From: Marsupella aquatica
Lineage: Eukaryota; Plantae; Marchantiophyta
Reading direction: 5' to 3'
NCBI GenBank assembly: GCA_973895155.1
Contig: OZ316899.1
Span: 11,657,775-11,721,774, forward strand
Length of the DNA: 64,000 nt
The notes beneath the pieces were generated by a model, which had not been told where the DNA came from, ran no database searches, and worked only from the letters and a program-made list of their open reading frames with translations. Positions 13,201-25,884 of this stretch are shown one piece after another. Positions within the stretch are counted from its first letter, which is position 1. Each line of letters opens with the position of its first letter. The position numbers were made by a program, and so were the translations under genes.

Positions 13201-13214
13201 CGGTTAATGAGTGA
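7204..13214 (+). pseudogene. gag-pol: Family-A gag-pol polyprotein (Gag, 3 CCHC knuckles, protease, RT, RNase H, integrase)
   Basis: Single frame from MPVTRSQ (7204) with three stops (7315, 7711, 8230) and one frameshift near 12945. Motifs: LVDGGAG, FLDGYSGYNQI, FIDD, HHCC, GIDY/SDRG/ERAN, and the Athila-type VLLYDSR..FPGKL..RWLGPF. Confidence 0.95.
13165..13181 (+). other. Polypurine tract region (AATTAAGCAGGGAGCTA)
   Basis: Purine-rich tract directly abutting the 3' LTR start. Confidence 0.6.
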
Positions 13215-16200
13215 TTCGGTCTAACTGCGCTTAGCACGTGCGTTAGGAGTATCTTAGGCCGCTATTATTAGCATAACGATAGTATTTAGGTCATCATTAT
13301 GGGTAGGACATCATTAGGCAATAAGGGGGAATTCAGGTCCGGACTGGCGGCGGGTCGCTATTCGCACACCCGGGTTACGAGCGTGGAGGGGCCCCTCCCT
13401 CGGGTCCGTATAATGTACTTAAGAAGCGGCCACTGACACGCGCTGACTCAGACCGGTGGAGTGGCCGGTACACCACAAGCGTGAGCGGTTCAACCTATGG
13501 GCGTCGAGGAGACGTCGGGGGATCGAGCCCTCAAGGTATAAAAGGGGAGCCAACCCTTTGTAGTGCACCAGTCCATCAGTGCACGCGCCAGCTTCGACCC
13601 CAGCTCTCTCGTTCGCTCTAAGTCGCCACTACTATCTCCTCTGAATGTCGCACACGATCCTCTCCAGCTCGGCCATTCGGTTCTAGACGCAGTTCCTATC
13701 TACCGGAAGGCACTTGGCCGACTCATTGAAACACGCCAACCCGCGCCGATACGAAATCGAACGCGAGTACGAGAGAGCCATCCGCCTAGTAGGACGACAC
13801 CACTACATCCTTAACTTTGACTACCCGTCTCAGAGCGAGCTTTACCGACCAGCAGAGGTATCTGGGTACTTCTTCAACGGAGACAAATATATCGGTTTTT
13901 GGGAAGCATTGCTTCGGCTTCTGGATGAGGTCTTCAATATCCCGGGTACGATCGACTTGCAACGACATCACTTCGACCACATCCCTGCTCAGGTTCGGGC
14001 TATCATCAATAGCGAGTCTAGCACTACCCGTTCGACAAGGTCGTCTGCACTCGCTTCGGAGAACTTCTACCAGCACCTACAGAGCTTCATGGGAACTCGG
14101 CCATCAACCAACATGACCAACTCAGTCGAACCCGTACCCGTACCCATGCAACCTCAGGTTCAACCTCAGGCTCAGCTTCAGCTTCAGCCTCAGCCGCAGC
14201 CTAGCCAAACCCCACCACCGATCGCCCAGCCAGCACAAGTACGCTCCGTCATCAACGCTGTGGATCTTAGCGATGACGACGAGGCTACCCCACCCTTGAC
14301 CAGGCGGCCCAGAGGAACAAGCGCTCAGGGGGCCAACACTATATTGTCCCCACCCCCTGCTCTGACCCCAGGAGCGGCCCCGGCAGACAACATGGTGACC
14401 ATGGCCGCCCGGGGCCCGTTACTATCGGCAGTGGCACTACCCAGGCCCGATCGGGAGGATGGGGAAGTGTCACCTTCCCCGAGCCAGTCACGGGGGAAGA
14501 AGAGGAAGGAATCCACCACTGCATCCGGGTTACCGTTGGCCACGGTAGCCGTAGCCAAGGTGACGATGCACCGCATGGGGGAAAACGTTCACAAAAACAT
14601 CCTCCATCCCAAGCATGCGGTGTACCTGAAGACTCAGGGATTCGAGCACCTCGCCTCCCTCCCCTGGAACACTTGCAGGTACTACGGGGAGGACATGACG
14701 GAGTTCGTTAGGAATTATGACGACGCGCATCAACATACTCGGCTGCAGGGAAGGAGTATGTCCCTCACGGAAGAACGGCTCGGGATGATCTTCGGGTTAC
14801 CCGAAGGTGACCATCGAGTCGAATCACGGGCTCCCGGGGGCAAGGGAGCCAAGTACCAATCTTCAAGTTTTCCCTCAGAGGGAGCAGTGGACAACGGGTT
14901 CGTGATGAAGACCTGCTCCCCGAGATAGCTGAGCGACTAGAGTTCCAGAGGTACGCCCTCCACATGATGGAACCCCGGGGGGAGATCTCTGCCGCCCAGG
15001 TTATCCAGGTCGAGAACTATCGACCTAGGAAGTGGGCGTCGTACTTCGCTAAGAAATTCCATGAAGAGATGGAGCGGCGAAGGAAGACGCTGTACATTGG
15101 CGGGAAGGCGTATTTCGCTAGCCACATCGAGATCATTCTCGAGTGGTACGCCCGGTTTGATCGACGAACCCTTCCCTGTGTCAACGTTACAAAGCTGGTC
15201 CCAGCTAGGTGGGTTTTCCCGGCCTTGGAGAGACGGCCCCAACCCGAGGCCCGAAGTCCAGCGGACACGCCAGCTTCACCCACCCCACCTCCACAAGTAG
15301 TTGTAGTCGTAACCGAGGAGGTACCGGATGGGTCGGTTGTCGCAACCGTTGATGCGACCCAACAAGCCGGGCTAAGTACAGAAGTCGGTATGACGGAGGT
15401 CTTACCCGAGCCCGGGTCTCCCAAAGACCCACCGGTGGCTATTCCGGAGAACCGTACATTGCTGCAGGAGGACACTCCAGCCCCTTCCAACGTTACGTCC
15501 CCAAGGCTGGACGTCACTGCCCCGGCCCCCGTGCGTGTTGACGTCTGCCCGTGCCCAACTCCGGACAGGCACAACCTAGACCACCCGGAACTCTTCATAC
15601 CGGGTACATTTCTGAACGGGCTTCTGGGAGATTTCTCTCATCAAATTTCCCGGGATACCGGGGAGTTCATGGCCCGGAAGGTAGCCTGTTTCTTCAATCA
15701 GGAGTTGGTTGCCGCAGTAAAGGCAGGTCGGGCCCAGTCAGAGGCCCTTCAGAGGATAGAGCGGTACCGGGTGGAGTTGGTGTACCTAAAGAACGAAGTT
15801 GCGGCTCAAGAGGCTGAGCTTCTGCAACTACGACCCAAGGTTGCAGCCGCCGATGAGTTGTTAGCAAAGGCGCACGCTCTTACCGCCCTAGCCGAACAGG
15901 CCAAAGCTGGGAACGAGGCCGAGATTACACGACTCCGGAACCAGATTGACAGTTTGAAGAATCAAACCGTCACCTGGCAGAAAGACCTGGAGGAGGCCGA
16001 GAAACGAGCCCAGCGGGACACGGCGGAGATAGCCACGCTGCAGGCCGAGGTGGCGCGGCTCCAAACCGAGGCCGAGAAGCAGGACCAGCTGGCGGGTAAA
16101 TTGACGAGCGAAGCCCAGCAGCTGGAGGAGGCATGTCAGGAGGCAGTAGAGGAGACGGACGCGGCGAGGCGAGAGAACGAATCTCTGCTGGACCAGGTCC

Positions 16201-17187
16201 AGCTCCTCAAGGCGGACAATGACAGGCTTCGAAGGCAACGGGATGGCCGCTCCCATTCGGGCGGCTCTGGCAAGCGTGCCAGGCATTAGCAGTGGAGTAG
16301 GAATAGATTAGGATTAGGACTGGCTTAGTCAGACTCTTGGGACAGGCACCTGCCTTAGGTACAGCAGCGCTGCCATGCTGTCCAGCCTGCGTAGATTAGG
16401 ATCTTCTAATAAGATACAGTCGTTTTCCGGCCTGACTGTCAGCTTAGTTAGGACCTTAGTCAGCGAATCTTCGGCGAGAGGACACCCCATCCCTCGTCCC
16501 TTAGTATTTAGTGCACCCCTCGGTAGAGGCAAGGGTGGGTTTTTAGTTGCAGAGTTGGACGTCCGCGGTATGTGCGGGGAGTCCCGACCTCTGGGAATGA
16601 AAGAGTACCAAGAGGAGGGGGTAGGACTAAGCTCGCCGGGCGAGTGCGGAGCCGGGCTCCGTTGTAGTGTGCACCCTCGGCCTTGAACCTGTTCATTCCG
16701 GGGCTGTCGGGTCAACTAAGTGTACGCATATGTTCCCTTTGTAGTAAAATCCTTTCCCATCATTTTCCTTTGTGTAAATCGAGATTGTATGCATGTGCGC
16801 GTGTATGTGTGTGGGTTTCTCGTATATGGGTGGCAGCGCCAGGCCGAACGCACTACCCGAGATGTGCACAGGGTGCAGCCTGCGGGTAAGTGGTTGCGAG
16901 CACGGGTTGAGGACCTGTATCATCAAATCTGGATCAAAGGCGGACAGCACGAAGGCTTAGAAGCCCTTAAGCCGGGGTTGATCCTGCTTTCGACTAAGGT
17001 ACGTTCCGGCGGCGGAACACAAACCATACCTAGGAGGTGTCCGTATTTAGTAGTATGCGCACTTAGCGCTAGTTTACAAGAATAAGGTGCATTACGTGCT
17101 TCCCTTCCTGCCCGAACCCTCAGATTTACGAGGGATGTGCCCGTCTAAGCTGGAGTCTGAGTTAAGGCCGCAGCCGACGACGTGACA
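13182..17187 (+). repeat. Family-A 3' LTR (4006 bp)
   Basis: Copy of 3059-7080, followed by TSD CAACT. Confidence 0.97.
13645..16289 (+). pseudogene. LTR-encoded ~882-aa protein, 3' LTR copy
   Basis: ORFs 13714-14928 and 14964-16289. Only one early TAG (TGG in the 5' LTR) and a 4-bp deletion near 14916 break the frame. Confidence 0.85.
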
Positions 17188-17192
17188 CAACT

Positions 17193-20100
17193 GCTCATGT
17201 TCCTTCCAACATTTTTGAGTAGATCAAGATGTTGTCTATAAAGACTACCACTCCTTGGTCTAACAAGTCATGAAAGATGGTATTCATCATCTTCATGAAA
17301 GTTACGATTGCATTACACAATCCAAATGGCATAACCAAAAATTCATAGGATCCCAACCTTGTGCGTATTGCGGTCTTATACTCGTCTCCCTTGGCCATGC
17401 GGATCTGGTAATACCCAGACCGCAAGTCCACCTTTGAAAACTTCTTAGCCCCAGAGAGGCAATCAAAGAGGTCATCCATATGAGTTAAAGGATACTTGTT
17501 CTTTACCGTTTGCTTATTGAGGGCCCAATAATCTGCGCACAATCTCAAAGTACCATCCTTTTTGGACATAAACAGCGTGGGCGCCCCCCAGAAAGACTCT
17601 TACTAGGACGAATGAACCCTTGGTTGATCAACTCTTCCAAGGCGTTCTTCAACATCATTTGTTTGTTCAAATTCAAACGATAAGGAGCTTTAGTCTGAGG
17701 AGCCAAACCTGGCTCCAACTCAACTTGGTTATCCACTTCTCTCTGCGGGGGTAAACCTTTAGGTAGCTTTTGTGAGAGCACATCATTGAATTCCTCTAAA
17801 ATTTCAGGAATTTGACTACAGTTGGGCCTGACCTTAGCTGACTTAACCTTTGGCTGCAAAGCAACCTCCTTAACTGGGTGGAGATGAAAGAAAAAACATT
17901 CATGTCCATCCTTGAGTCTTTCCACCATTGCTTCGCCGATACACACGGAGACAAACACGACACATTACTTACTTTGAGAAATCTTTCATTGTTTTTGGTA
18001 ATTTCGTGTACAACGATGGGCTCACTGCCCTTATTGCAAAAATGGAGCACCTCATCCCTCAGTTTCAAGGTAACATTATGTTTTCTGAGATAACCTACCA
18101 ACAAATTGAAGTCTATGGTTAGACCGTCTAGAACGTAGAACATCTCCTGACTAACAAAATCTTGTTGTTTGCCTATGACCTTTACACGAAGTCTATGTAC
18201 AACTCTTGACACTATCCCTTTTGTATCGTTGACAAACTTGCACACTAATGGTTGTAGAAACTCTTGCACGTCCACCCCAAGACGTGTCGTTGCCTACTCA
18301 CTTATGAAGCAGATGGTCGCGCCTGTATCCACTAAAGCAACACCCAGATTATTGTTAGAAGTGACATTCACAAAAATCAACTTTTCAGGATCGATTGTCT
18401 TAATCTTAGGTACCTTCTCTCGCAACAACCCTTTCTCTCTGGCAGGAACATCCCCTACAGGGACCTCATCAACTACTAAGGGATCGGTTAGAGCGATACT
18501 TACCTTAATGCCCTTCTGCCCTCCATCTCCGCTTGGCTTGCCACCTTTCGAGGGGCAATCCTTACTTTGATGGCCCATGGCGCCACATGTGTAGCACAAA
18601 CCTTCAGCCCGCCTCTACTCCATGAGCGCTTGTTTCTTCGCTTTTTGCACTGATGAGGTTCCTTTCTTGAAGTTGTTGGCCTTCCAGTTGCACTTTGCTT
18701 CTCCATTTTGGGGCTGAGGATCCAAACCACCGGCCTCCCGCCCCCTCCTACTGCTTTTGCTTGTTTCCGGGACCTTTTGCTTTCCCAACTTCCCCCTCGG
18801 ATCCCTTGCCACCCACCTTCGCCAAGTCCGGTCGTTTATTCACCAACGTAGTGGCTTTGTCAAAGGCGTCATAAAGCGTTTTAAACTCATGACGCTTTTC
18901 CTGTAAATTTCCCCTAAGCAACGGGAGGAGCTTCACTATAAAGTTATGAAGCTGCGTGTGTAGGGTCTCCTATCCCGCCGGGATACACGCCAAGTGGTTC
19001 TAGTAATAAGTGATGAACTTTTGGATATCACCCCTGAAGCTCATCTCCGTTACACATTTCTGAGGGTGCCGCTTTGGGTACTTAGTGGTGACATGAGCAT
19101 GGAGGCTCTCAACCAGGTTTTCCCAGTTAATGGCAAGGGGGAGTCCTCTCGCGACTTCTTCCAAGACTTGTACCAAGTCAAGGCATAGTTCTTTAGGTAA
19201 GGAGCGGCTACGGTAGCCCAAGTGGACCGCTCAACGCACGCTTGGAGATGAATCATTCTCCATTGTGGAGAGCCAACTCAGGAACTTTTGCCCACTTTGT
19301 TCATAGGCCCCGTCGTAAGTTGGAGGAGTCGATAGCTGGTTGACTTGGAACATACTCCATCCAACTACCATTCCCCCCTCAGGATGCGTCGCACTTTGAC
19401 TACCCAGACTAAGTAAGTCCTTAATCTGGGCCCCCTTGTTGTGTTCCAATTGCTCATAAATGAGTCGTTGGTCTTGAGTCAACGGACCCAAATCGTCGTG
19501 AGCGGCTGGGCCCTTGCGGATAGTATGAGGATGGTCCTCCAACCACCTTTCCTCTACGGGCCGCTAGTCGTGGAACTTGACTACCTTAACACTTAGCTCC
19601 GGCATCGCTGACTCCGACGCCGAGCTCCCTTATGGTCCAGGCCTGGATAGGCCATCCGGGGAGGACTTAGCATGGAGAGACTTGTGGGCAATGAGACGTG
19701 GCACTAGCAAAGGCAAGGCGCCAAGCTGATGACACACACTAAGGACTTAGACTAGCTGAGAGTTGGTCGGGTCAAAGGGAAAAGGGCCGGGCTCAAGGTT
19801 GACCGTCCGAACCCCTAGACAGACTTTGAGTTTTGAGAGCTTGAGTGAGAGCTCCTCTTGGGCCCAAGGCCAATGGAGTTGACGCCATGGGCAACGGACG
19901 CTTGGGGACACCCTTAGCCCCTGTCCTTAGGTTCTCTAGTGGACTTTGGTGACACCCCCCGCGACTTGCAGGCACCGTGACCTCCCGGGCTGAGGCATCA
20001 CCCGCATCGCTCTGATTTTTCTTGGTCAAATTATCCACATTGACATCCGGCTTGACATCATCCTCTGGTTCCGCATCCAACCCTCTTAAGGCTAGGATCA

Positions 20101-20416
20101 GTTCCTCTTCTAGGTCCTGACCCTCTTCTTCCAATTCAGCGTTTGAACCGCCGTCGCTTCCATCTGAGTTGGAGCCGTCATCACCTAACTCATCCTCTGG
20201 AGGATCGGCCACCTCCTTCCCTTTAAGTTGATGGCGCTCTGCACTTGACGTGTTTGCTATAGCGGTCGACGGTTTGGCCGCTACGTCCTCATCGTCCTGC
20301 TTGTAACTTTTGTCTAGGGAAGTTGACCCGTCCTCCTTATGTTTTTCTTGAACTTGGGCTCTTCCCTTGGCGGGATGAACCTGCTTACCACTCTTTGATC
20401 GAGTGATCTTAGCCAT
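17193..20416 (-). pseudogene. gag-pol: Family-C gag, protease and RT 5' part (fragmented)
   Basis: Probable start MAKITRSK at 20416, then gag fragments, CCHC, LVDTGAT and RT (17195-17958). Confidence 0.85.
19565..19907. repeat. Inverted copy of family-C LTR sequence 21690-22008, located inside gag
   Basis: Reverse-complement match over ~330 bp (e.g. ACACTTAGCTCCGGC vs GCCGGAGCTAAGTGT), with scattered transitions. Confidence 0.9.
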
Positions 20417-20547
20417 GTCTCCAATAACCGAATCTGCCCGCAGTTGACCCGTTGGGCACGTTGAAGCACTAAGTCCCCACAAAAATCCGTTAAGATTTTT
20501 GGATTTTGACCTCGCACAATCCCGGCCCGGTGTCTATGCTGGCAATC

Positions 20548-20559
20548 GCTCCAATACCA
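20548..20559 (-). other. Family-C PBS, tRNA-iMet-like (TGGTATTGGAGC)
   Basis: 10/12 match to canonical TGGTATCAGAGC, located ~130 nt upstream of gag. Confidence 0.65.
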
Positions 20560-20561
20560 CA

Positions 20562-22014
20562 AGTGGTGGACCTTGCTACCTAGCACCCTCACCAATCTCA
20601 ACACCCACGCCTAAGTGCCCCTGGTGCCCGCACGCCTCCATGGAATACCTTGAGCAAGCAACCTAGTGCCCCTTGCACCACCTGCGGCCCCTCCCATACA
20701 AAGCCGCACTTGCTCTCCAACACAACCGCTATTCAACGGCCCTCACTGTTTGCACAAGCAACCAAGCGTCTCGGTAAGTAACCCTTTAGGATCTAGATCT
20801 CCCAAGTCTAGCATTCTAACTCAAGCTCAACAGACATTAGTAAGTAGGTCAGCGATACTCCCGATGCCATAAGCCAAAACCAGAATCGACGTCCACTATT
20901 TGTCCAGAACAACTCCTTCCTTGGGCGTAGCCCGGGTTCCCCCTTGCACCTATCCATCACCAACTGACCGTCCTTCCCCCAAGACATGCTCATAGCCCAA
21001 ATAGCGCAGCTTGTCCCAACACACCGACACCAGAACGGCCCCAACTTTAGCAACTAACTCCCGGTTCTTGCCTCACTGATGATCTAAGGGCCAAGTGCCC
21101 TTGGAACTCAACCTCCATGCCTATTTGGCCTTGCCTCCCCAACGCAATCTCCCTTGAGAGATTGAACACGGCTTGGCTGCTATTTTGGCAGGATTTGGCA
21201 AGCGGGCGAGATAACACCCGCAAACCTCAAGAATCTATGGCGTTCCTAGACCCAAACAAGCTCAATAGGATGTAGCCATCCTCAAGAGCTTTCCAATACA
21301 CCCAACAAGTCCTCCAACGGACTTCCCATTGGGAAGATATTGCCATTTCCGTTTGGCATTTTCCCTCAGTGTCGCGACTATCGCGGCTCACGACTTTGGC
21401 TCGCCCTTAGCCCCTAGGGAGACAACACTCCCCTCATATATGCTTCTGGAGACCTGCCACCTCCAAACCAACTTTGGTCCCAAACTTTTGGTCCCCAACC
21501 CGGACCCTATCCGCATGTCTAGGCGCGCCACCAACTGGCAACGCCCATAACTTCCTAGTTAGGCGTCCGCAAGCGGAGTGCCTTAGCCTGTTGTGATCAG
21601 GCCAACCTAGTGCTCATGCCTAGGCCCTTGGATCTCATCGCCACTTAGGGCCCCCGATCGGCCCAACCCGGATCGAGCCATAACTCGCGCCCCAAGTGTC
21701 CGTTGCCCATGGCATCAACTCCATTGGCTTTGGGCTCAAGAGGAGCTCTCACTCAAGCCCTCAAAACTCAAAGTCCGTCCGGGGGTCCGGACGGTCGACC
21801 TTGAGCCCAACACTAAGGACCATCTAAATCCTTAGTGTGTGTCACCAATTTGGCGTCTTGCCTTTGCCAGTGCGACATCTCATTGCCCACAAGTCTCCCC
21901 ATGCTAAGTCCTCCCCGGATGGCCTATCCGAGCCTAGACCATAAGGGAGCTTGGCGTCGGAGTCGGCAACGCCGGAGCTAAGTGTTAAGGTATTCGAGCT
22001 CCGCAACTGTTACT
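20562..22014 (-). repeat. Family-C 5' LTR (~1.45 kb; boundaries uncertain by a few bp)
   Basis: Lies between the PBS and the point where copia gag resumes. The partner LTR is not in the window. Confidence 0.6.
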
Positions 22015-22616
22015 GACAAAGCAGAAGAGGAAGCATGAGAGGTTACATGCATTTTCTTCCTATTGTCATCCACAATAAGAGTGCTCACCGTCTCATCATA
22101 GGAAATCTGATCCTTACCATAGATTATGGTTTGAGTCAAATGCTCATACAATTTGGGCAAGGAGATGAGAAGATACAAAGCTCTCTTCTTGTCTTCAACT
22201 TTCATCGAGAGTGACAAAGTCGGACACTATCAAGTTAAAGGTATCAATATGATCGGCAAGTTTTGTACTTTCCATCATTTGCAGTGTCATCAATTTCAAG
22301 GTTGTGTATAAGCGAGTTGCCAAGAATTTCTTTTGGTACTTCTATTTGCATCGTTTTCACAAGTTTGACGGTGAATCCTCAGTCAACACTTGGAGTAGAA
22401 CATCAGATGCCAAGTGTAATCGGATTAAGCTGAGAGCTCGTGCACAGATGTCCTCCCAATCCTCCTCAGACATTGTCGATGGCTGACTTTTCAATGTTGT
22501 GCCCAAACCTTGCAAAACTAACAAGCCTTGCATTTGAACTTGCCATAACATAAAATTATTGTGGCCGGTAAACTTCTCCACCTCATATTTGCAGTAGTAA
22601 CTTTTGATGGAGCCAT
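22015..22616 (-). pseudogene. gag: Copia gag (frameshifted, cut by the family-C insertion)
   Basis: KYEVEKFTGHNNFMLWQ..M..LL..QGL, ARALSLIRLHLASDVL, ALYLLISLPKLYEHL. Confidence 0.88.
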
Positions 22617-24121
22617 TGTACACCCTTAGGACCTTAAAGTGCCAAAAATCATTTTGCAACTTCTCAATTTCATGCAAATTTGCACAGCAGCACACGACAA
22701 CACGACAACATAAGCCACAAAATGACCAAAAATGAAAGTTGCTGAAATTGAAATCCAAGAGCACTCCTGGGTACTCTAGAAGGTATCGTTTGCCAAAAAC
22801 ATATCTCAGTTGAGATATTTTTACCGCCAAGTAAGGGGAGGTCAAAACGTAAAAATTGGACCCCCAAGGAGAATCAATTCACTCAAATCTCCAAACAAAG
22901 TCGGTTTGACAAATTGTTTGCACAGGCCTCTACTCAACTCCCTTAAGTATGCCCTTGCAAAATATTGTGACGATATAACATCGGATATTTTGCCAAAAAT
23001 CCAATTTTGTCGCAAAAATGAGCTTATTGGAAAAATGTCCTTTCCTTAAATTCTCGCAACCCTTGTACAAGCCATGCGGAAAAATTTTCAGAGCTGCCCA
23101 AAGACTGTCACATGCCCCCTCAAACCCCTTATCACCCCCTATCACCTCCTTGACCCTTTTTTCACGTCAGCGCGTTGTCCTACGTGAGTAAGTACTCGAG
23201 ACATACTTACCCCCCGATGGGATATCTAAGATATCTCTTTTGAGGTTTTAACAAAAAACAAAACCGATTTCAGATTCTGAAACTAGACTTCAAGACACTT
23301 TAAATCAATGTAAGGAACTCTGAAAATGGTGAAGAATTGAGGGAGATAAAATTTGGACAAGATTGTTGATTTTGACCTAGCCATCATAGCCAGGACTTTC
23401 AAGCTTAACTCAATCCAAGAGTTCTTTGCGATAACTTACTGAAACATATTGATTTCTTCACCACCGTATTCCATCATAACATCACTCGCACCAACTTTCC
23501 TTCAACGATCACTAACGTCTTACAAGAAACCAAAATCACATCCCGGGAGCCATGTTTCCCTTGGTAATCAAGTCGGGACCTCAAAAACCATAAAAAAACC
23601 ATCTAACATGAAAATTGAAATTGCTCAGCCATATGTGAACAATCTCTTGACTAAACATGCAAGTTTCCATTCCATAGACCTCCTTATCCGATCACCACTT
23701 TGTATGTCAACGTTCACACTCCCATCGTGCCCCCCAAAACCGTCAATCGATCACGATAAACTGTTGAGACATCAGCTGATCCTGAACCGAAGCTCTGATA
23801 CCAATTGTAGGATCAAAATAGACAACATGACGTCTTAGAATCATCATTCATTCAACACTCAAATAAAACGACACAAAGATACGTGGTTCACCCCGTCAGG
23901 GCTACGTCCACAGCCGCACCAACAGCTTCACTATGAACATGAAAAAAAATACATATCACCATAGCTCCATGGTCCAAGCTCTCTCTCTCACACACAAAGT
24001 TCTCTACTAAGTGTTCTCTCTCCATGGGATACAAAGAGGGTTATCCCTTCACAAAGAGTCTAGTCAACTAATGTTAACTTACTCTACTTAACCTAGCCAA
24101 GATTGAGTCAAAATCCTAACA
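22015..24121 (-). mobile_element. Ty1/copia retrotransposon 5' part: 316-bp LTR (23806-24121), iMet PBS (23792-23803), long leader, gag remnant
   Basis: TGTAGGAT...ATCCTAACA termini, perfect TGGTATCAGAGC PBS, and copia gag motifs. Confidence 0.9.
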
Positions 24122-25397
24122 CTTATGGGGGTTCTTGGGCGAGTCTAGGCGTGAGAACATCGAGGGCCGTTGGCCGCCATCACCTGATTGAGCGTGACAG
24201 TTGTGGTTGAAGCATGAATCGCCATAACAAATTTTTACTCCACCGTCGTCATAGTACAACAAACGATTGTAATAGTGCGCATCATAATCAGTACTAATTA
24301 AGTTGACTAACCTATCCCTAGTCTAATCATAATTGTAAAAACTGCAATTGTCCTATCTATACAGATTCGGTCTTAATAACCATATACATCATAATCTGAC
24401 ACTTGCGTCATGTTAAGTGACACATTGACTGTGTCACAGGGTCATTGTAGAGTGCAAGGAAAGAGTTAAAAATCTCCTGGCACAAGCAAAGAAAATTCTC
24501 ACATGACCCTAATTTTTCTATATCCAATTGCCTCTCTAACAACAACCAGGTTGATAACATCCATTTTGGGGAATCCTCTTTTTGCTAAACTCGCTAGCCA
24601 TTTGGAATCATAAAACAACACAAAAAATATAGAAGGCAAAAGCAAAAGAAATTTGAAACCACTAGTTGTGTCCCTAACAACACTCTCCCCCTAACAAAAT
24701 TCCTGTTTCTCTCGGTATTCAATACCTCTTCACATGATCATAGTAAAATTAATCCGTGGACCCCCATGTTCATCCAAGGAATGTGTGTTTGATGAAGTGA
24801 AATCAATTTTTAACAAGGCGGTAATCGCCCGGGTAATCGACGGTTTTGAGTCTCCTGATGGTCTTGGTGTGTGCTCGTACAAAAGAAAAGTAACGCTCAA
24901 AAGATAGAGGAGATTTATCAACGGAAGGTTGAATATGGATGAATTAATTGAGTTTTTTGACAGTTTTTGCTTACATATTAGAGAAATCGTGTTTCTATCA
25001 TTCATGATTGATCGTTTGTGAGTTACATTGAGCATTACCGCCACAAGACAGACCAAAGGACAACACTTAGCTATTGGCAAAAGAGCGCTTGTCGATTCGG
25101 TGGGAAGAACACACAAAACAAACAAGTCATCGATTCACATGAAGGATTTGTAGTTTTTTTATTTAAGAAAGCTATGGTGTGAGAGGGAGACCAATGATTG
25201 TTTCTTTGAATAGAGGTTGCATTTGGCGTCAACCTGTGTTCAGAGTGAGCTTCAATTGAAGACTAGAGGAATGCAAACAATTCAAGTCGGGAAGCAAGCA
25301 TTGTGGACAAGGGATGGCGACGTAATCAAAGAAATCAATTTTCAACGGCTAAGTTTGTGACGGTGATGAGATTGTGATATCTCCTAATCGAGAAAGG

Positions 25398-25884
25398 GTT
25401 TCCAATGAGCCTCAGATTGACAAATTTTGTCAAGTTCTAAATGAGTTTTTGAATTTCTTTGCCTTTCCAATGAGTGAGTATAAGAAATATTGATCATGAG
25501 TCCATGAATTCTTTTAGCTTTCCAACATGATTGAGTCCGACATTGATAAATTTTACATCAGATTTTGTCACGTTACTAAAGAGATCATGAGGTTTTCAAT
25601 CTCTCTAGCTTTCTAATGTGTGACATTGAGATTATTTGTCAAGAATTACAGAGATCATGAGTATCTGAATTTCTCTAGCTTTCCAATGAACCTAACATTG
25701 ATAGATTTTGTCAAGTACTAAGGAGATGATGAGTTTTTAATTTTACTTTAGTTTTCCAATGAGTACGTGTGACATTGAGAGATTTTATCAAGACAATACT
25801 AAAGAGGTCACGAGTTTCTAAATCTTGATCTTGAGTTTTCCAATGAATCAAACATTGACAGATTTTATCAAGTACTAAGGAGAT
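25398..25884. repeat. Degenerate ~60-bp minisatellite (TTTCCAATGA...ACATTGA.AGATTTTGTCAAG.TACTAA), ~8 units
   Basis: Recurring motifs at 55-70 bp spacing. The array resumes at 37705 after the LINE. Confidence 0.75.

Larger units (their letters stand above)
3059..17187 (+). mobile_element. Complete Ty3/gypsy non-chromovirus (Athila/Tat-like) LTR retrotransposon, family A, 14,129 bp
   Basis: TGTGACG...CGTGACA termini, 5-bp TSD CAACT (3054-3058 and 17188-17192), two ~4-kb LTRs and an internal gag-pol. Confidence 0.97.
2103..22014 (-). mobile_element. Ty3/gypsy retrotransposon family C (chromovirus-like RT, iMet-like PBS), degenerate and interrupted by family A
   Basis: gag/CCHC (CYTCGAMGHQSKDC), protease (LVDTGAT), RT ([27 protein letters not shown]), RNase H (TDASDYAIGA) and the start of integrase. 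The RT halves join across 3058/17193. Confidence 0.9.

Noticed and set aside
3059-17187. 4-kb repeat as an assembly artefact or segmental duplication of a host gene
   Set aside because: Exact TG..CA ends, a 5-bp TSD, PBS/PPT adjacency, interruption of another RT and copy-specific mutations show these are true LTRs.
24730-25125. 131-aa minus-strand ORF
   Set aside because: No recognisable motif and both strands are partly open, so there is insufficient support.
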